Shown: positions 1 through 13,213 of the stretch, in pieces | Position numbering within the stretch: the stretch's first letter is position 1 | How the letters are laid out: each line of letters starts with the position of its first letter | Source of the DNA: Malacoraja senta | Lineage: Eukaryota | Direction: 5' to 3' | DNA: 60,000 nucleotides | Assembly: GCA_038087875.1 (NCBI GenBank) | Contig: CM075990.1 | Coordinates: 5,024,001 to 5,084,000, forward strand | Position numbers and translations under genes: made by a program | Notes under the pieces: model-generated | Told to the model about the DNA's origin: nothing | Seen by the model: only the letters and a program-made list of their open reading frames with translations | Databases searched by the model: none

Positions 1-39
1 CTGCCCGAATTCAAGAAGGTATCTCAGCAGGACCTTAGG

Positions 40-950
40 TGAGCCACAGGTAACAATGAAAATCTTGCTTGCAGTTGCATCACAGGCACGTAGACTCAGG
101 CAACACACAAAAAAACGTACACAAATTGCATGAAAGTTCTACAAAACAGTAGAAACAGATTCTGCAAAAAACAATTCCAAAATAAGTCATGGTAGTGCAA
201 GAGGTGTCCGTGGTGTTCCATTGGATTAATTTGAGGAGAAGTAGCTGTTCCTGAAACTGGTAGTAATGGTCTTCTAGCTTCTGTACCTTCAGCCTGATGG
301 TAGCAGCGAGATGAGGGCATGGTCCAGATGATGAGGATCTTTGATGATAGATGCCGTCTTCCCAAGGCAGTGCCTCATGTAGATACTTTCAATGGTGGGA
401 GGGCCTGTGCCCATGATAGACTGGGCTGAGTCCACCATTCTCTGCAGCCTCTTTCATACTTGTGTGTTGGAATTACCGTACCAGGCCATGATGCAAGCAG
501 TCAGGAAACTTTCTACTGTGCATCTGTAGAAGTTGGTTAGAGTAGTCGCTGACATGTCAAATCTCTTTAAACTTCTAAAAAAAGTAGAGGCGTTGGCATG
601 CCTTCCTCATGATTGCATCTATGTGCTGAGCCCAAAACAGCTCATCCCAGATGTTGACACCCAGAAATTTGAAGCTGTTAATCCTCTCCACCACCGAAAC
701 CCACCAATGAAAATTGGCACGTTGTCTTCGGAATACCCCTTTCTGGGAGTCAACAATTAGTTCCTTGGTCTTGTCGATGTTATTGCAGCACCATTCAACC
801 ATGTGTTCTTTCTCTCTCCTGTATGCTGACTCATCACCGTCTGTGGTTTTTGCCAACAACAGTGTTGTCGTCGGCAAATTTACAGATGGCATTAGAACTG
901 TGCTTAGCCACACAGTAATGGGCGTAAAAGGAGAAGAGCAGGGGACTAGC
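40..950 (-). mobile_element. Decayed Rex1/Babar-type LINE, 3' part of RT
   Basis: Minus-strand peptides KTKELIVD and VERINSFKFLGV..DEL.W..H...IMRKA.QRLYF, with frameshifts. Confidence 0.75.
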
Positions 951-1903
951 CATGTTTAGGAAGGAACTGCAGATGCTCGTTTAAACCGAAGATAGACTCA
1001 AAATGCTGGAGCAACTCAGCGGGACGGGCAGCATCTCCAGAGAGAAGGAATGGGTGACGTTTGGGTCGAGACCCTTCTTCAGACCTAACTAGGCATTTTG
1101 CCTGAAAGTGCTCCTGAGTTAATAGTCAGCAAGTCTAGTACAACAATTAAGATGTCTAGCATTCTAAATTTCCCAATTAGTTTTAATTGCAATTAGCACA
1201 ATTGAAACACAAAATATAGTAGCAAAATGTTAATTGTACAAGTCCGAATTCAGACCAAAATTCATTGTCGTGCAGTGACTATGATTACGGAGTACTCATC
1301 AAACACTGCGAGCGAAGAAAATGCAATTGCAGCGCATTCAATAGCGTGCAGTGGCGTTAGGTTTCACTCGCGGTTGGCATCTTCACTGAGAGCCGCGGGC
1401 TGGGAGCTGCGAGGGCCGCCAGGTGGCGCACGGTCTTCCCCTGTAGTTGGGACCAGGCAGAGCCTACGTGACTCGGGTAGCGTACACAGGGACACGGGGG
1501 AGGAGGAAAGATGTGGCTAAAAAAACACACACACACACACACACCGCGAACAGGAGTGGGGGGCAGGGAGAGCAGAAAGAGGCAGCCCAGTGCACCGCCA
1601 CTCCTCAACCATAACATAACCCAACAATTCTTCAAAATACCTTCGGTACAGAGATGTCCTCAATGCGGCAACGTGCAGCGTTGTCAATGACATAGAGATT
1701 GTGTGCACGGTACTCGCATTGCAGCGAGCTGCTTTCATCTTTTGCACCAAACCATAATTATATCGGAGAGGCAACCCGAATCCAGACCTGTGGTGGAATG
1801 AAACTCACCGAGTTTTATTTCAATTTGCACCAAGGTCAGACTCACTAGTTTAACGTCTGTGAAAATGTACATGCAAAATGTATCAGTAACACTCCTATCC
1901 CAG

Positions 1904-1983
1904 TTCAGTTCCGTACTGAATGTAAGCACATTCATTTCCTTACTGAGTGTAAGCACATTCAGTTCCTTATTGAATGTAAGCAC
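1904..1983. repeat. 27-bp tandem repeat x3
   Basis: TTCAGTTCCTTACTGAATGTAAGCACA variants. Confidence 0.85.
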
Positions 1984-3919
1984 GTAAGGATGGCGAGCAC
2001 ATGCAAGCACTTCAGTGGAAAAAAACTATTGGACACCTGAATGCTGTTATTTCCTTCCACAGTCAGATGCCACCTGGTGCGCCGCGTTCCGCCAGAAGTT
2101 TGTTTTTCTTACTGGAGATTGCAGCATCTGCAGTCTCTCATGCCCCCACTCGCAACTCTGTGCACCCCGTTCATTATTATCGAGGAGTGACTTGCCGCTA
2201 TTACATCAGGAAAAACCCCGTTTCGCCGCAGCAAGGGATAGTGAACTCAGCTGCCACAATATATAAGCTGCTTGGCTTTTCTCTCCTTAGATAGTACTAC
2301 AAACTTTAAAAAATAATCACCATTCCCTTTGCGTCATTATTGCTGTGTCTTGGTCAATGCCTTGGTCAATGCACTCTCTTCCTAAAAATCCTACACATCT
2401 TCTCTTCTTTCCTCCTTTAAGACCTAGTCTTACTCTTAGCATTTTTGTAAACCTCCCAGAGCTGCCTGAAAAAGGTCTCGACCCGAAACGTCACCCATTC
2501 CTTCTCTCCAGAGATGCTGCCTGTCCTGTTGAGTTACTCCAGCATTCTGTGTCTATAGAACAGTACAGCACAGGAACAGGCTCTTTGAGCTGAACGTGAT
2601 GCCACATTAAACTGATCTCATCTGCCTGCAGAACAGAAGCCATCAACCATGTTGGCCAAGCTCGGCCACACCCCAATAGCTCACAAAGGCCTGGTATATG
2701 GACACACTGATCTGTTTTGTAGTAAATGCCTACTATGTTCTGTGTGCTGAAGCAAAGCAAGAATTTCATTGTCCTATCAGGGACATATGACAATAAACTC
2801 ACTTGACTTGACTTGAATTTGTCAAAACGAGAACAAGAAGGCAGAATTGCTTAAAAAGGCAATGCATTTTCAAAAACATTAAAAACAAAACAGGAAATAC
2901 TGAAAATACTCATCTTATGAATGGGCATTGGCCTGTTAACTCTGAAGATAGACATAAAATGCTGGAGTAACAGCGGGGCAGGTCGCATCTCTGGATAGAA
3001 GGAATGGGTAATATTTTGGGTCGAGACCCTTCTTCAGACTGTTAACTCTGTTCCTTTCTCCACAGATGCTGTCTGACCTGCTGACAATTGCCAGCATGCT
3101 ACATTTGTGACTTGAGCAATATTTTGCCTTTGAATAAAACCTTTCCCCTTCGGTGCAAAGGAATAGGTGACATTTTGGGTCAGACCCTTCTTCAGAAGTG
3201 GGGGGGGGGGGGGGTCTCGACCCCAAAACATCACCATTCCCTTTCTCCAGAGATGCTGTCTGACCGGCTAAGTTACTCCAGCTTTTTGTGTCTATCTACA
3301 GTTGTTTGTGAAACTTTATTGGGCAATTTTGATATCCCGGCTTCTCAGATTACAAATGTAACTGCGCAGCACGTCATTTACTCGGCTGTAGGTGTGTGGG
3401 ACATCCTCCGGTGTAGAAGATTATACAAATACAAGTTATTTTCCCTTAATGAATCTATTCATATGGTTATGGTTTAGTTTGTTTGTGCATTAATGTGCAC
3501 GCTGCCGCATGAAAGGACCAGCTGCAAAAGGATATCGAGTTGGCAACCAACCAGAATCATGACACACACGTAGCTGCCCTATAGAACCATGCCACTACCA
3601 CTTCAATCCAAGCCGAAGTTACCAGAAAACTATGACATACTCAAAATAAACTGCACCCATGTTAATAATTAATACATCTCAGGCACTAAATGTACTTCTT
3701 AGGCAGCCCCTCAAGATCAGCACCCACTCCAATACTGCATATTGAGCGACAAGCCCACAAGGCTCATGAGGTGAAGGTGGGATCTGCACACACTGACACA
3801 GTCGGAGCTTACTGAGGTGGGTGTGTGGGTAACAGCGCTTCACTCCTTCCACCATTTTCACTGGGATTCCAAGTGCTCCGAAAGATACTTAAGTTCTTAG
3901 CTCATCCTGAACACTCCTT

Positions 3920-4203
3920 GGCGGCACAGTGGTAGAGTTGCTGCCTTACAGTGACAGAGACCTGGGTTCCATCCTGCTACGGGTACTGTCCGTACCTAGT
4001 TTGTATGATCTACCTGCGTGGGTTTTCCCCGGGTGCTCCGGTTTCCTCCCACATTGCAAAGACGTACAGGTTTGCAGGTTAATTGGCTTTGGTCAAAATT
4101 GTAAATGGTCCCTAGTGCATAGGATAGTGTTAGTGTATGGGGATCGCTGGTTGAGCTCGGTGGGCTGAAGGCCCTAATTCTGCATTGTATCTCTAAACTA
4201 AAC
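3920..4203 (+). mobile_element. tRNA-derived V-SINE/HE1-like SINE (other copies ~5365-5955 -, 34980-35148 -, 36061-36368 -, 37740-38008 -, 54420-54640 +)
   Basis: tRNA-like head (GGTAGAG...GGTTC.ATCC), V-domain GGGTGCTCCGGTTTCCTCCCAC, (CTAAA)n tail. Confidence 0.75.
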
Positions 4204-5455
4204 TCCTCTACTTTGTACGGCCATGGGCAAGTGATTCAGTCTGTAGGCAGCAAAGATTACAAACTAAGGTTGGCTATGCAAGAGGAAATGGAATAAAAAA
4301 AGCCCTCCTGATGGTGGAATCACTTTGGCTGTGAGGAGGTGAGCCACTCACCATAAAACACCCAGCCTCTGACCTGCTTTATTGGATTCATGCAGCATAT
4401 TCACTTGAACCTCTAATCAATATGACCCTCAGAATGTAGATAGTGGGCAATTTGGCAATAGTTCTTGCAAATATCAAGGGTTAGAGATAGTCACTGCTTG
4501 ACTCTTATCTGGTGTAAATGTTGCTTGTCACATCAGCCCATGCCTGAATGCTCTCGAGAGTTTCTGTCACGAAGTGACACAGTTGGTGGGTGTATGGAAT
4601 GAACTGCCAGAGGAGATAGTTGAGACAGGGTCGATTGCAACATTTAAGAAACAATTAGATAGGTACCATGAATAGGACAGGTTTTGAGGGATATGGGCCA
4701 AACACAGGCAGCTGCAACTAGCGTAGATGGGACATGTTGGTTGGTGTGGGCAAGCAGCGCTGAAGGGCCTGTTTCTACCAAAGATAAACACAAAATGCTG
4801 GAGTAACTCAGCGGGACAGGAGGCATCTCTGGAGAGGAATGGGTGACGTTTTGGGTCGAGACCCATCTTCAGACTGTATGACTCAGACTCTATAAGTTGT
4901 CCACCATTTCAGTAGTTGAAGAGATGTGAATGGAATTGCATATCGCATAATTGTCAATACATAACACTTCTGTGACCATACAACACAAGGTCATTCACAA
5001 AGCAGTTGAGATGCCTCAATGATTAACCAATCTTTTTTTTTGTGAGCATTGACTCAAGCCATTCAACTGGTTCCCTTCTGTTGCCCACGGAATTCAGTCT
5101 CATTTCACTTAGTCAAGTGCTGTCTCCCTATCAGGGGAACCATTCTCTGATTATTACAAGAATATCAATATTAGAACAAATACATTTCATTACGATAGCA
5201 CCCTTAGGTTGTAAAAAACAACTGGTTTGGAGAACTAGATAAACAAACTCCACATCATGAGATACAAAATGGGATGACAAAAAGCTTTGTCAATAAAAAG
5301 GGTTTAAAAAAAACTTTAAAAGAGGAATAGGAGGTACAAGGAGGGACATTGTTTAAATGTTTAGAGTTTGGTTTAGAGATACAGCATGGAAACAGGCCAT
5401 TCGGCCCATCAAGCCCACAATGACCATCGATCACCCATGTGCTAGTTCTTTGTTA

Positions 5456-5730
5456 GACAAAAGTGCTGGAGAAACTCAGTGGGTGCAGCAGCATCTATGG
5501 AGCGAAGGAAATAGGCAAAGTTTCGGGCCGTAACCCTTCTTCAGACTGATGTAGGGTGGGGGGGGGGGGGGGGGGAGAGAGAAAGGAGAAAGGAAGAGGA
5601 TGAGCCAGAGTGCTGAGGGAGAGCTGAGCAGGGGAGGAGACAGCAAGGGCTACCGGAAATTGGAGAAGTCAATGTTTATGCCGCTAGGGTGCAAACTGCC
5701 CAAGCGGAATATGAGGTGCTGCTCCTCCAA
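5456..5730 (-). mobile_element. Penelope-like element 3' fragment inserted into a SINE
   Basis: LEEQHLIFRLGSLHPSGINIDFSNF (GIY-YIG C-terminus) followed by the terminal repeat. Confidence 0.75.
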
Positions 5731-8700
5731 TGTTAGTTCTATGTTATCCCACTCTCGGACCCTACACACTGAAGGCAATTTACAGAAGCCATTTAACCCA
5801 CAAACCTGCACATCTTTGGAAAGTGTAAGGAGCACCTGGAGAAAACGTAAAGAGTCACAGGGAGAACGTACAAACTCCACACAGGCAGCGCTCTTTGTCA
5901 GGATCAAACCCAGGTCTCTGGTGCTGTGAAACTCTACTGCTGTGCCATTGTGCTGCCCTAGAGTTGGGAATGACTTTGGGTGAAATGGTAAAAGTGTGAC
6001 TACAATGACAGGACAGGAGGGAGTGGGGAAATGCCCGAGTACCAGAGGAACAGATTTCTGGTCAGGTTGGCAGCAGAGACAGAGGCAAGCAAAATGTAAA
6101 AACATGGAACTGCTGATGCTGGTTTACAAAATAAGCCACAAAGTGCTGGAGTAACCCAGTGGGAAAGGCAGAATCTCAGGAGAATATGGATTGCGGACTT
6201 TTCGGGTCTTGACCTGAAATGTCTCCTATCCATGCTCTCGAGAAATGCTGCCTGAACCACTGAGTTAGTCCAATACTTTGTATCTTCAGAGGCAGGTGAG
6301 GCTGCAGAACACGTTTAGCTTTCCAATGGAGAGGATACAAGGTCAGATTCTCAGCCCAGTCTTTTAACGGGTCCTATGAATCCAAACTTCTTGGATAAGC
6401 CCAAGATAGCTCAACCAAGTGATAGAAATAGACCCAAGAACATTGGTATAATTTTGATGATGGGTGAAAATGGTAGGTTTGCTCTTCCTAATGATCAACT
6501 GAACAAATAAATGGCCCGCTCAGATGCAAGGCATGCATTTCGAAAACAAAGAGACAAAGGAATGGTCAGGTTTGGCTATGAAGGAATCAGGCAATGGCGG
6601 GGATAGACTTAATGGCCCTGCGTCCAAGATTACGAAATATATGGAAAGTGTAGGACCAGTTTACATAATAAATTGTGAGTGAGGATGGATTTAGACTGCA
6701 ACTCTGCTTTCTCTACTTGATCACGAGAGGAATATGAATCTAAAACACCAATATTTGTTTTCAAAATCCGCTTGTGCCTTGTACTGCAGGAACAGATGTT
6801 ATAACAATGGATGAAGTTGTTTGTAACAGTGTTAGGCTCTATCCAATCTCCGATCTGGTCAAATAAAGCAATACCATGACGAAACACAGGGTGTACCAGC
6901 CATTTGGTTCAAGAGGTAGGGCAACAGCTGTGCCAACATATTTGTTCTTTGACTTCCAGGATATGGATTGGAATGAGACGTAGAATAAAGAGGTACAAAT
7001 TGTCTGCAATCTAATTGGGACCATATCACAACATCCAAACGCACATTATTTCTATCCTGACATCCATACTGGTGCCATGAAAGTGGGAGCCATGATGGGG
7101 CACCCTGGCAATTTTCAACATGCCTAAGAACAGAGCAGTAGCCGACAACACAATGCTGTTGCTGTCACAGTCAAGTCAGAATGGATTTGATAATATGGTT
7201 CAGATTCCGTGTCTGCATGGCTGAATCAGTTAACGATCAGAAAAGATCTGTAGGAAGGAGTTGCAGATGTTGGTTTATGGGTGACGTTTCTTCAGATGGG
7301 TCTCGACCCTAAAACGTTACTCATTCCTTCTCCCCAGAGATGCTGCCTGTCCCGCTGAGTTACTCCAGCATTTTGTGTCCATCTTCAATGATCAGATAAG
7401 ACATCGAGGGAGGTATAAAAACTTGGCACAGATATTTCAGGACGTAAGGACATCTACGTGGTAGCAATTGGAGTCCTACAATTATTTTCTATCTCAACAA
7501 CTCCTTTAGGTAGTCAATATAACCCTGGACCTGTTATTGTGACAATGGAGTAGACTTATTTGCAATAAAGATCATAGTTAAAGTAACACAAATTGGAATA
7601 ACAGACTCCTCTGTGATAATGGAGACACAAGAGAATACAGAAGCTAGAATCTTGAGCAAAAAACAAACCGTTGGAAGAACTCAATGGGTGAATCAGATGC
7701 TGCCTGACCCATTGAACCAGCGTCTGCTTGACCCACTATTCCACCAGCAGTTTGCTTTTTGCTTCTCTGCAATAATGTGCGAATAGCTACACCACTGCAG
7801 TATTTGCTGATTGCCTCCTCACAGCTGATGTTAGATGATGAAAGTAAACTCAGCATGAAGGATAGTGGCACAAAACAAAGTTCTGAAGGTGCTGTGCAGG
7901 TCAGGCAGCATCTTGCCCGGGATCGCTCCAACCATGGCCTGCGGACTTTACCATCGAGAGCTCGCAGTCTCAGGAGAGGCCGAGTCGGGATGCTCCAACG
8001 ATGCAGAGGTTTGACCAGCCCTGACCCGGGGTCAGATCGCCGGCACGGGGGAGTTGACATCCCCCGATGCAGAAGCTGATCGCCCTGGCGCGGAGGGCCC
8101 AAACGCCGCCGGCTACAGGAGTAAAGATCGTCCCGTCAACGGAGGGCTCAAGGCCCCTGATCGCGGGAAAACAATGAAGCAAAGAGAATTCGGTTTTTTT
8201 TGCCATCAATCACAGTGAGGAATGTGGAGGAGTCACTGTGGTGGATGTTTATGTTAAAATGTATTTTGTGTGTTCCGTTGCTTTTTATTTGTATGAATGA
8301 CTAGGCAAATGAAATTCCTCGTATGTTGCAAAACATACTTGGCTAATAAAGTATTATTGCATTGTGGAGGAAATGGACAGATAATGTTTCCGATCGGGAC
8401 CCCTTTGGAGTAGCGAGGAGAAAGCTGGAAAAGAGAGATGGGGGTGGGACAAAGCCGGGTAAGAGATAGGTGGATTCATGCAAGGGAGGGGTGGGGGTGG
8501 GGGGTGAAAGGCAGATGGGAGTAAGTGACAAAGAATGGAGGTGAAAAGGAACCAAAAGAGTCCTGACCCGTAATGTCGCCTGCCTATTCCCTTCACAGAT
8601 GCTACCTGACCCGCTGAGTTTCTACAGCAGTTTGTTTTTTTGCACAAGCTTCCAGCATCTGAAATTTCTTGTATCTCCATTAAGAGCTGTGGTTTTTGCA

Positions 8701-9681
8701 CTTACACCCGTGGCAATTTATATTTTGCATCAATGCTATATACACGTAGTATAAATTGAACTCTAATGTAAAGTTCAACCTCCAGGGCAAGCATAGCAGG
8801 GATTAATCCTCCAAGGAGAACAAGTTCAGTTCACTTTGGTGCAAGGTCAGGACTTCACATTCAAGAAACACCACAATTTAACATAATGCTTTTTATACTC
8901 TCAAAGCACTTCACACAGATTGATGACTATATGAAGTGTTAGGAAGACAAAATGGGAGCAATGGTTCGACGTTCTTGTGATGTTCCCAGTGGGTAGCCAG
9001 TTAATCTCACAGGCTTGGCCTTTTCATGGATGGGACATCACTTGGGAACTCTGCCGAGGGTAAGAAGTGATCCAACCGGCAAGATTTGTACGATGTGTAG
9101 GAATGAACTGCAGATGCTGGCTTATACTGAAGATAGACACAAAATGCTGGAGTAACTCAGCAGGCCAGGCAGCATCTATGGAGAAAAGGAATTGGTGACG
9201 TTTTGCGTCTGAAGTCTCAAGAAGGGTTCCGACCCAAAACTTCACCTATTCCCTTTCTCCAGAGATGCTGCCAGACCCGCTGAGTTACTCCTACATTTTG
9301 TGTCTATCTTCGAGATGACAAGATTCTCAGTTATAATGTACACATTGAAGAAAGGGTGGCAAATGCAACAGGCCTGCATCCAGAAGGTCCACCAACAACA
9401 ATTGAATAAGTGATCAAAAATTGAAAAGCAATAAACTGCAGTCCTGCAAATCTGAAAACCGGAAATGTTTTCAGCCGGTCAGGCAGTATGTGTGAAAAGA
9501 AACAGAATTAATGATTTGGGTTAAACACCAATTGTCAGATTTGGGTACGAAAAAATCGAGTTAGTTTTAAGTTGCGGAAAAGCAGGGGAGGAGGGGTGGG
9601 GTGGTGAAAATAGTTAAAACAAAGGGAATGTCTGTGAAAGCCAGGGTTTTCTTTGGAAAAGTTGCAGTCAATTACCTAATG

Positions 9682-10256
9682 CAGGGGATGGCAACCTTGT
9701 TCTGGACGCATGTCTGCGAGCTGATGGCGGGCCACATCTATCACGTGTACACATGGATGCTGCCCCCATCCCGCCCCGGATGGCAGGCCTCAAATCACGT
9801 GCTCACATAGATCCCGCCCCTTCGAGGACGCCACCCGGAGCACTGGCCCCTAGTTACAGGCGCTCACCAACATGGTGTACCTACGGACCATTGCCTTGGC
9901 TCTGTTCTGAAGGCAGTGGCTCAAATACTCACACTCATTCGTCCCCGGCCTATTGACAACTACGATCCCGACAGTGAAGCACAGTCACAGAAGGTGCGCG
10001 GCCGTGCCGGCGGCTGTGCGCAGGATGCGGTTGAGCCAGAACTTGCCGCTGCTCGGCGGCTCCGTCATTGCGGCCGCCAGTGCAGGCCTCCTTGCATCAC
10101 CGCGCCTGGGCGCTGCGGCCTCGGGCCCGGGAGGTACCGGAGATGACGGAAGTCTGCGAGCCGGATAATTATGGGGGAAAAAAATACGCCTGCGGGACGG
10201 ATGATTTCAGGTTACGGGCCGCATTCGGCCCGGGGGCCATAGGTTGCCAACCCTTG
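9682..10256. mobile_element. Non-autonomous hAT-type DNA transposon
   Basis: TIRs CAGGGGATGGCAACCT / AGGTTGCCAACCCTTG (14/16 match); 8-bp TSD ACCTAATG / AGCTAATG. Confidence 0.8.
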
Positions 10257-10429
10257 AGCTAATGGTTAGGTACTGAGAAAACAGACTAATAAATAACCAG
10301 CTGATCAGCTTTACTGCCGTAAGCTGATGGACAAACATTGACTAGGAGTTGGGGAATCTTTGTTTTCTTCCAGAAAGTGTCATCCAATTGTAAATGTTCA
10401 TCGAAAAATATTATAGATAATGCCTCGGG

Positions 10430-11234
10430 TTAGCACCTGTCTTCAATATCTTTAGTCCAGAGGGTTTGAGTCACCAACTTATCTCTGCTTTAGTTTGTGA
10501 ATCTTGAGCAAAGTCCACATTCTTCATGATTCCACTGTGCTGGAACTTTAATGACTGCATTACCTCTTGGCAAATTGTGCTCCTTGCTTTTGGACATTAG
10601 ATTGGGAGATAATGCCTCAGATTACCATCTGGTCCAACCGACAGTATTCACTTAGTACTGAAACCTGCATCAGCTAAGGTTGTGGAAACTGCGGCGGGGT
10701 GTGTGGATCACACATCTCCAACTCAGAAGTATGATCCACAGAAGTGAGCTGAGCAAAGCTGCACCACAACAATGACTGTGGTGACTGTGCTCCTATGACA
10801 ATTACAAGGGCCATTGTTCACGCAGCAATCTCAAACAACTCCATGGGTATTAAAGCACAAATAAAAGGAAGGATTTTGTATGATTGAATGAAGTACGCTG
10901 CAATGCCCACCAAAATAATAGTCTGAAGAATGTCTCGACCCGAAACGTCACCCATTCCTTCTCTCCAGCGATGCTGCCTGTCCCGCTGAGTTACTCCAGC
11001 ATTTTGTGTCTATCTTTGGTTTAAACCAGCATCTGCAGTTCCTTCCTATACAAAATAATCAATCTAATGTCCAAATCCAAGGAGCACTATCTGGCAAAAG
11101 GCAACGCAGTCATTAAAGTTCAGGAACGGTGGAATCACGGAGAATATTTACTTAGCTCAAGATTCACAAACTAAAGCAGAGAGAAGTTGATGACTCAAAC
11201 TCTCTGGACTAAAAATATTGAAGACAGGTGCTAA
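10430..11234. repeat. 175-bp inverted repeat (10430-10604 vs 11060-11234)
   Basis: Manual alignment: ~22 mismatches, no indels (~87% identity), 455-bp spacer. Confidence 0.9.
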
Positions 11235-13213
11235 ACATTCATAGGATAAACAGGAAACTGTACACGTTTCAGAATCTCTGTAAAATGAGTACACACAGAA
11301 AGGAGCATTTTGGGCTGCAGAGATTAATGATAATAAAGTGATGCTGAGATCAGATTTGTGTCTGTCACCCCCATCTCTATCGGAGTCATGAATTAGAACA
11401 ATTGTGCTATTTGGCATCAGGTTTTAATTTTCATTAATAATGTACAAGTGTAGAAGCAGTGGGAAGTTAAACATGCTTTATTAAAACTGTAGCATTGTGA
11501 TAGCAAATCACTGCTGAGACGCCCATTTCTCTCATGAACTTTTCTCTCATGAAATGTAAATTATAATGTAATTTACATGAAATGTAAATATAAATTATAA
11601 TTTACATTTAGCACAAAGGCTAACAAGTGCTTGGCACTAATACTACTAAAAAGATAAGCAGATAGGGCACTGTGGCCATTCTTACTGATTTACGAAATTT
11701 AATTTTAGAAATTGCCAAAATTTTAAAAATTGCGGTTGCAGTTCCTCGTTCAATAGCGTAACCGGCAATGTTACATGTTAATGGCTGCCAACTATATTTG
11801 GACCGAATACCCAAGTGATTATAATAAGCAGCCCACTTTATCAACTTCAATAATGTTCCAGATTAGAACGTATAAATAAAAATAAATACTGTTCGGAGAA
11901 ACAGACGTAATTTTCCATCTCCATTGCGTACGGTGAGTTTTGGAGATTGATTAATTTTCAGAAGCTGGAAGCTCAAAGGCAATTCCAGAACATTGGCAAA
12001 CTTAGACGCCGATAGATTTGTTCTGATAATCTTCCGAAGCATTGGGGTGGGTGGCCAGAACACACACGCAGCTGTTTATCAGGGGTAGTTCAGAGTATGA
12101 AAAATAGATTCATAGACTTAAAGCATTCCCCCTAACCTGAAGAGGACACACATTGATTTAGTGCACCTGAAATGCCCCCATTATTGTAATATAGGAAACA
12201 AGAGTCATGTCACAAAGCAGGCTCCTTCAAAATGCCATGAGATAAAGACCAGATTTATATTAATGGAAAGATAAATGTAGCGTAGATAGTAAAAGAACTT
12301 CCCTCCACTTCTCAGATTAGAGCCATGTGATTATTTGTATTAACCTTAAAGGAAATATGCGGTGTGATATCTTCTCTTAAAAACCGACTTCCAGAGCCCT
12401 CTTCTTCAGTGTAAATGATGTATTCAGAGTGAGGCTTAAACAAGTAACATTTTCTGGAATGTCAGAGGTTGAGGGAAGCTTTGGTAGAGGCATATATAAT
12501 TATAAGAGGTACAGATGGAGTAAACAGTCAGAACCTTTTTTCCCAGGATGGAAATATCCAATGCTGGAGTGCATAGTTATAAGATGAGAGGGAGAAAGCT
12601 TAATGGAGATGTGCGGTTCAAGTTTATCTTTAAACACAGAGAATAATGGGGGCGTGGAACGCATTGCCAGGGGTAGTAGTGGAGGCAGATATGATTGTGG
12701 TGTTTAAGAAGCTTGTAGATAGGCACTTGGAAGTACAGGGAATAGAGGGATAAGGATCAAGTACAGACGAGATCAGTTTAACATGGCATCAACATTGTGG
12801 GACAATGTGGGCAGTTCCTCCGCTGCACTCTTCTATGTATTCTGACTTGGAGCCAATTATGTTTACATTGAGCCAAGGCTGACAAAATTGCAAACAATTA
12901 CGGTCAAGGCCACTGGTACTCTTTCTGCGAAATAAAATTCCCTCAAAAGATTATTGAAGCCTCTGTAAGCCCACGTTACACAAGCAAATCGAGAACTCAA
13001 ATTGCAAATGGATGGAACTACAGACAACCATTCCAAATAAAAAGTGAGGTAACATTACAGACTTCATGCCCTCAATAAAAAGAATGAACTCTATTTGTTT
13101 TCCAGAAATTAGAGACCCTTTTCATTGTGTGGCCTCAGTTTACATCTTCATTGAAACATATTAGCCAAATGACAGCACCTCTGACAGTGCAGCACTCACA
13201 ATATTGTATTTAA

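Noticed and set aside
3920..3980. tRNA-like sequence
   Set aside because: It is the head of a SINE, continuing into the V-domain and tail; no complete cloverleaf.
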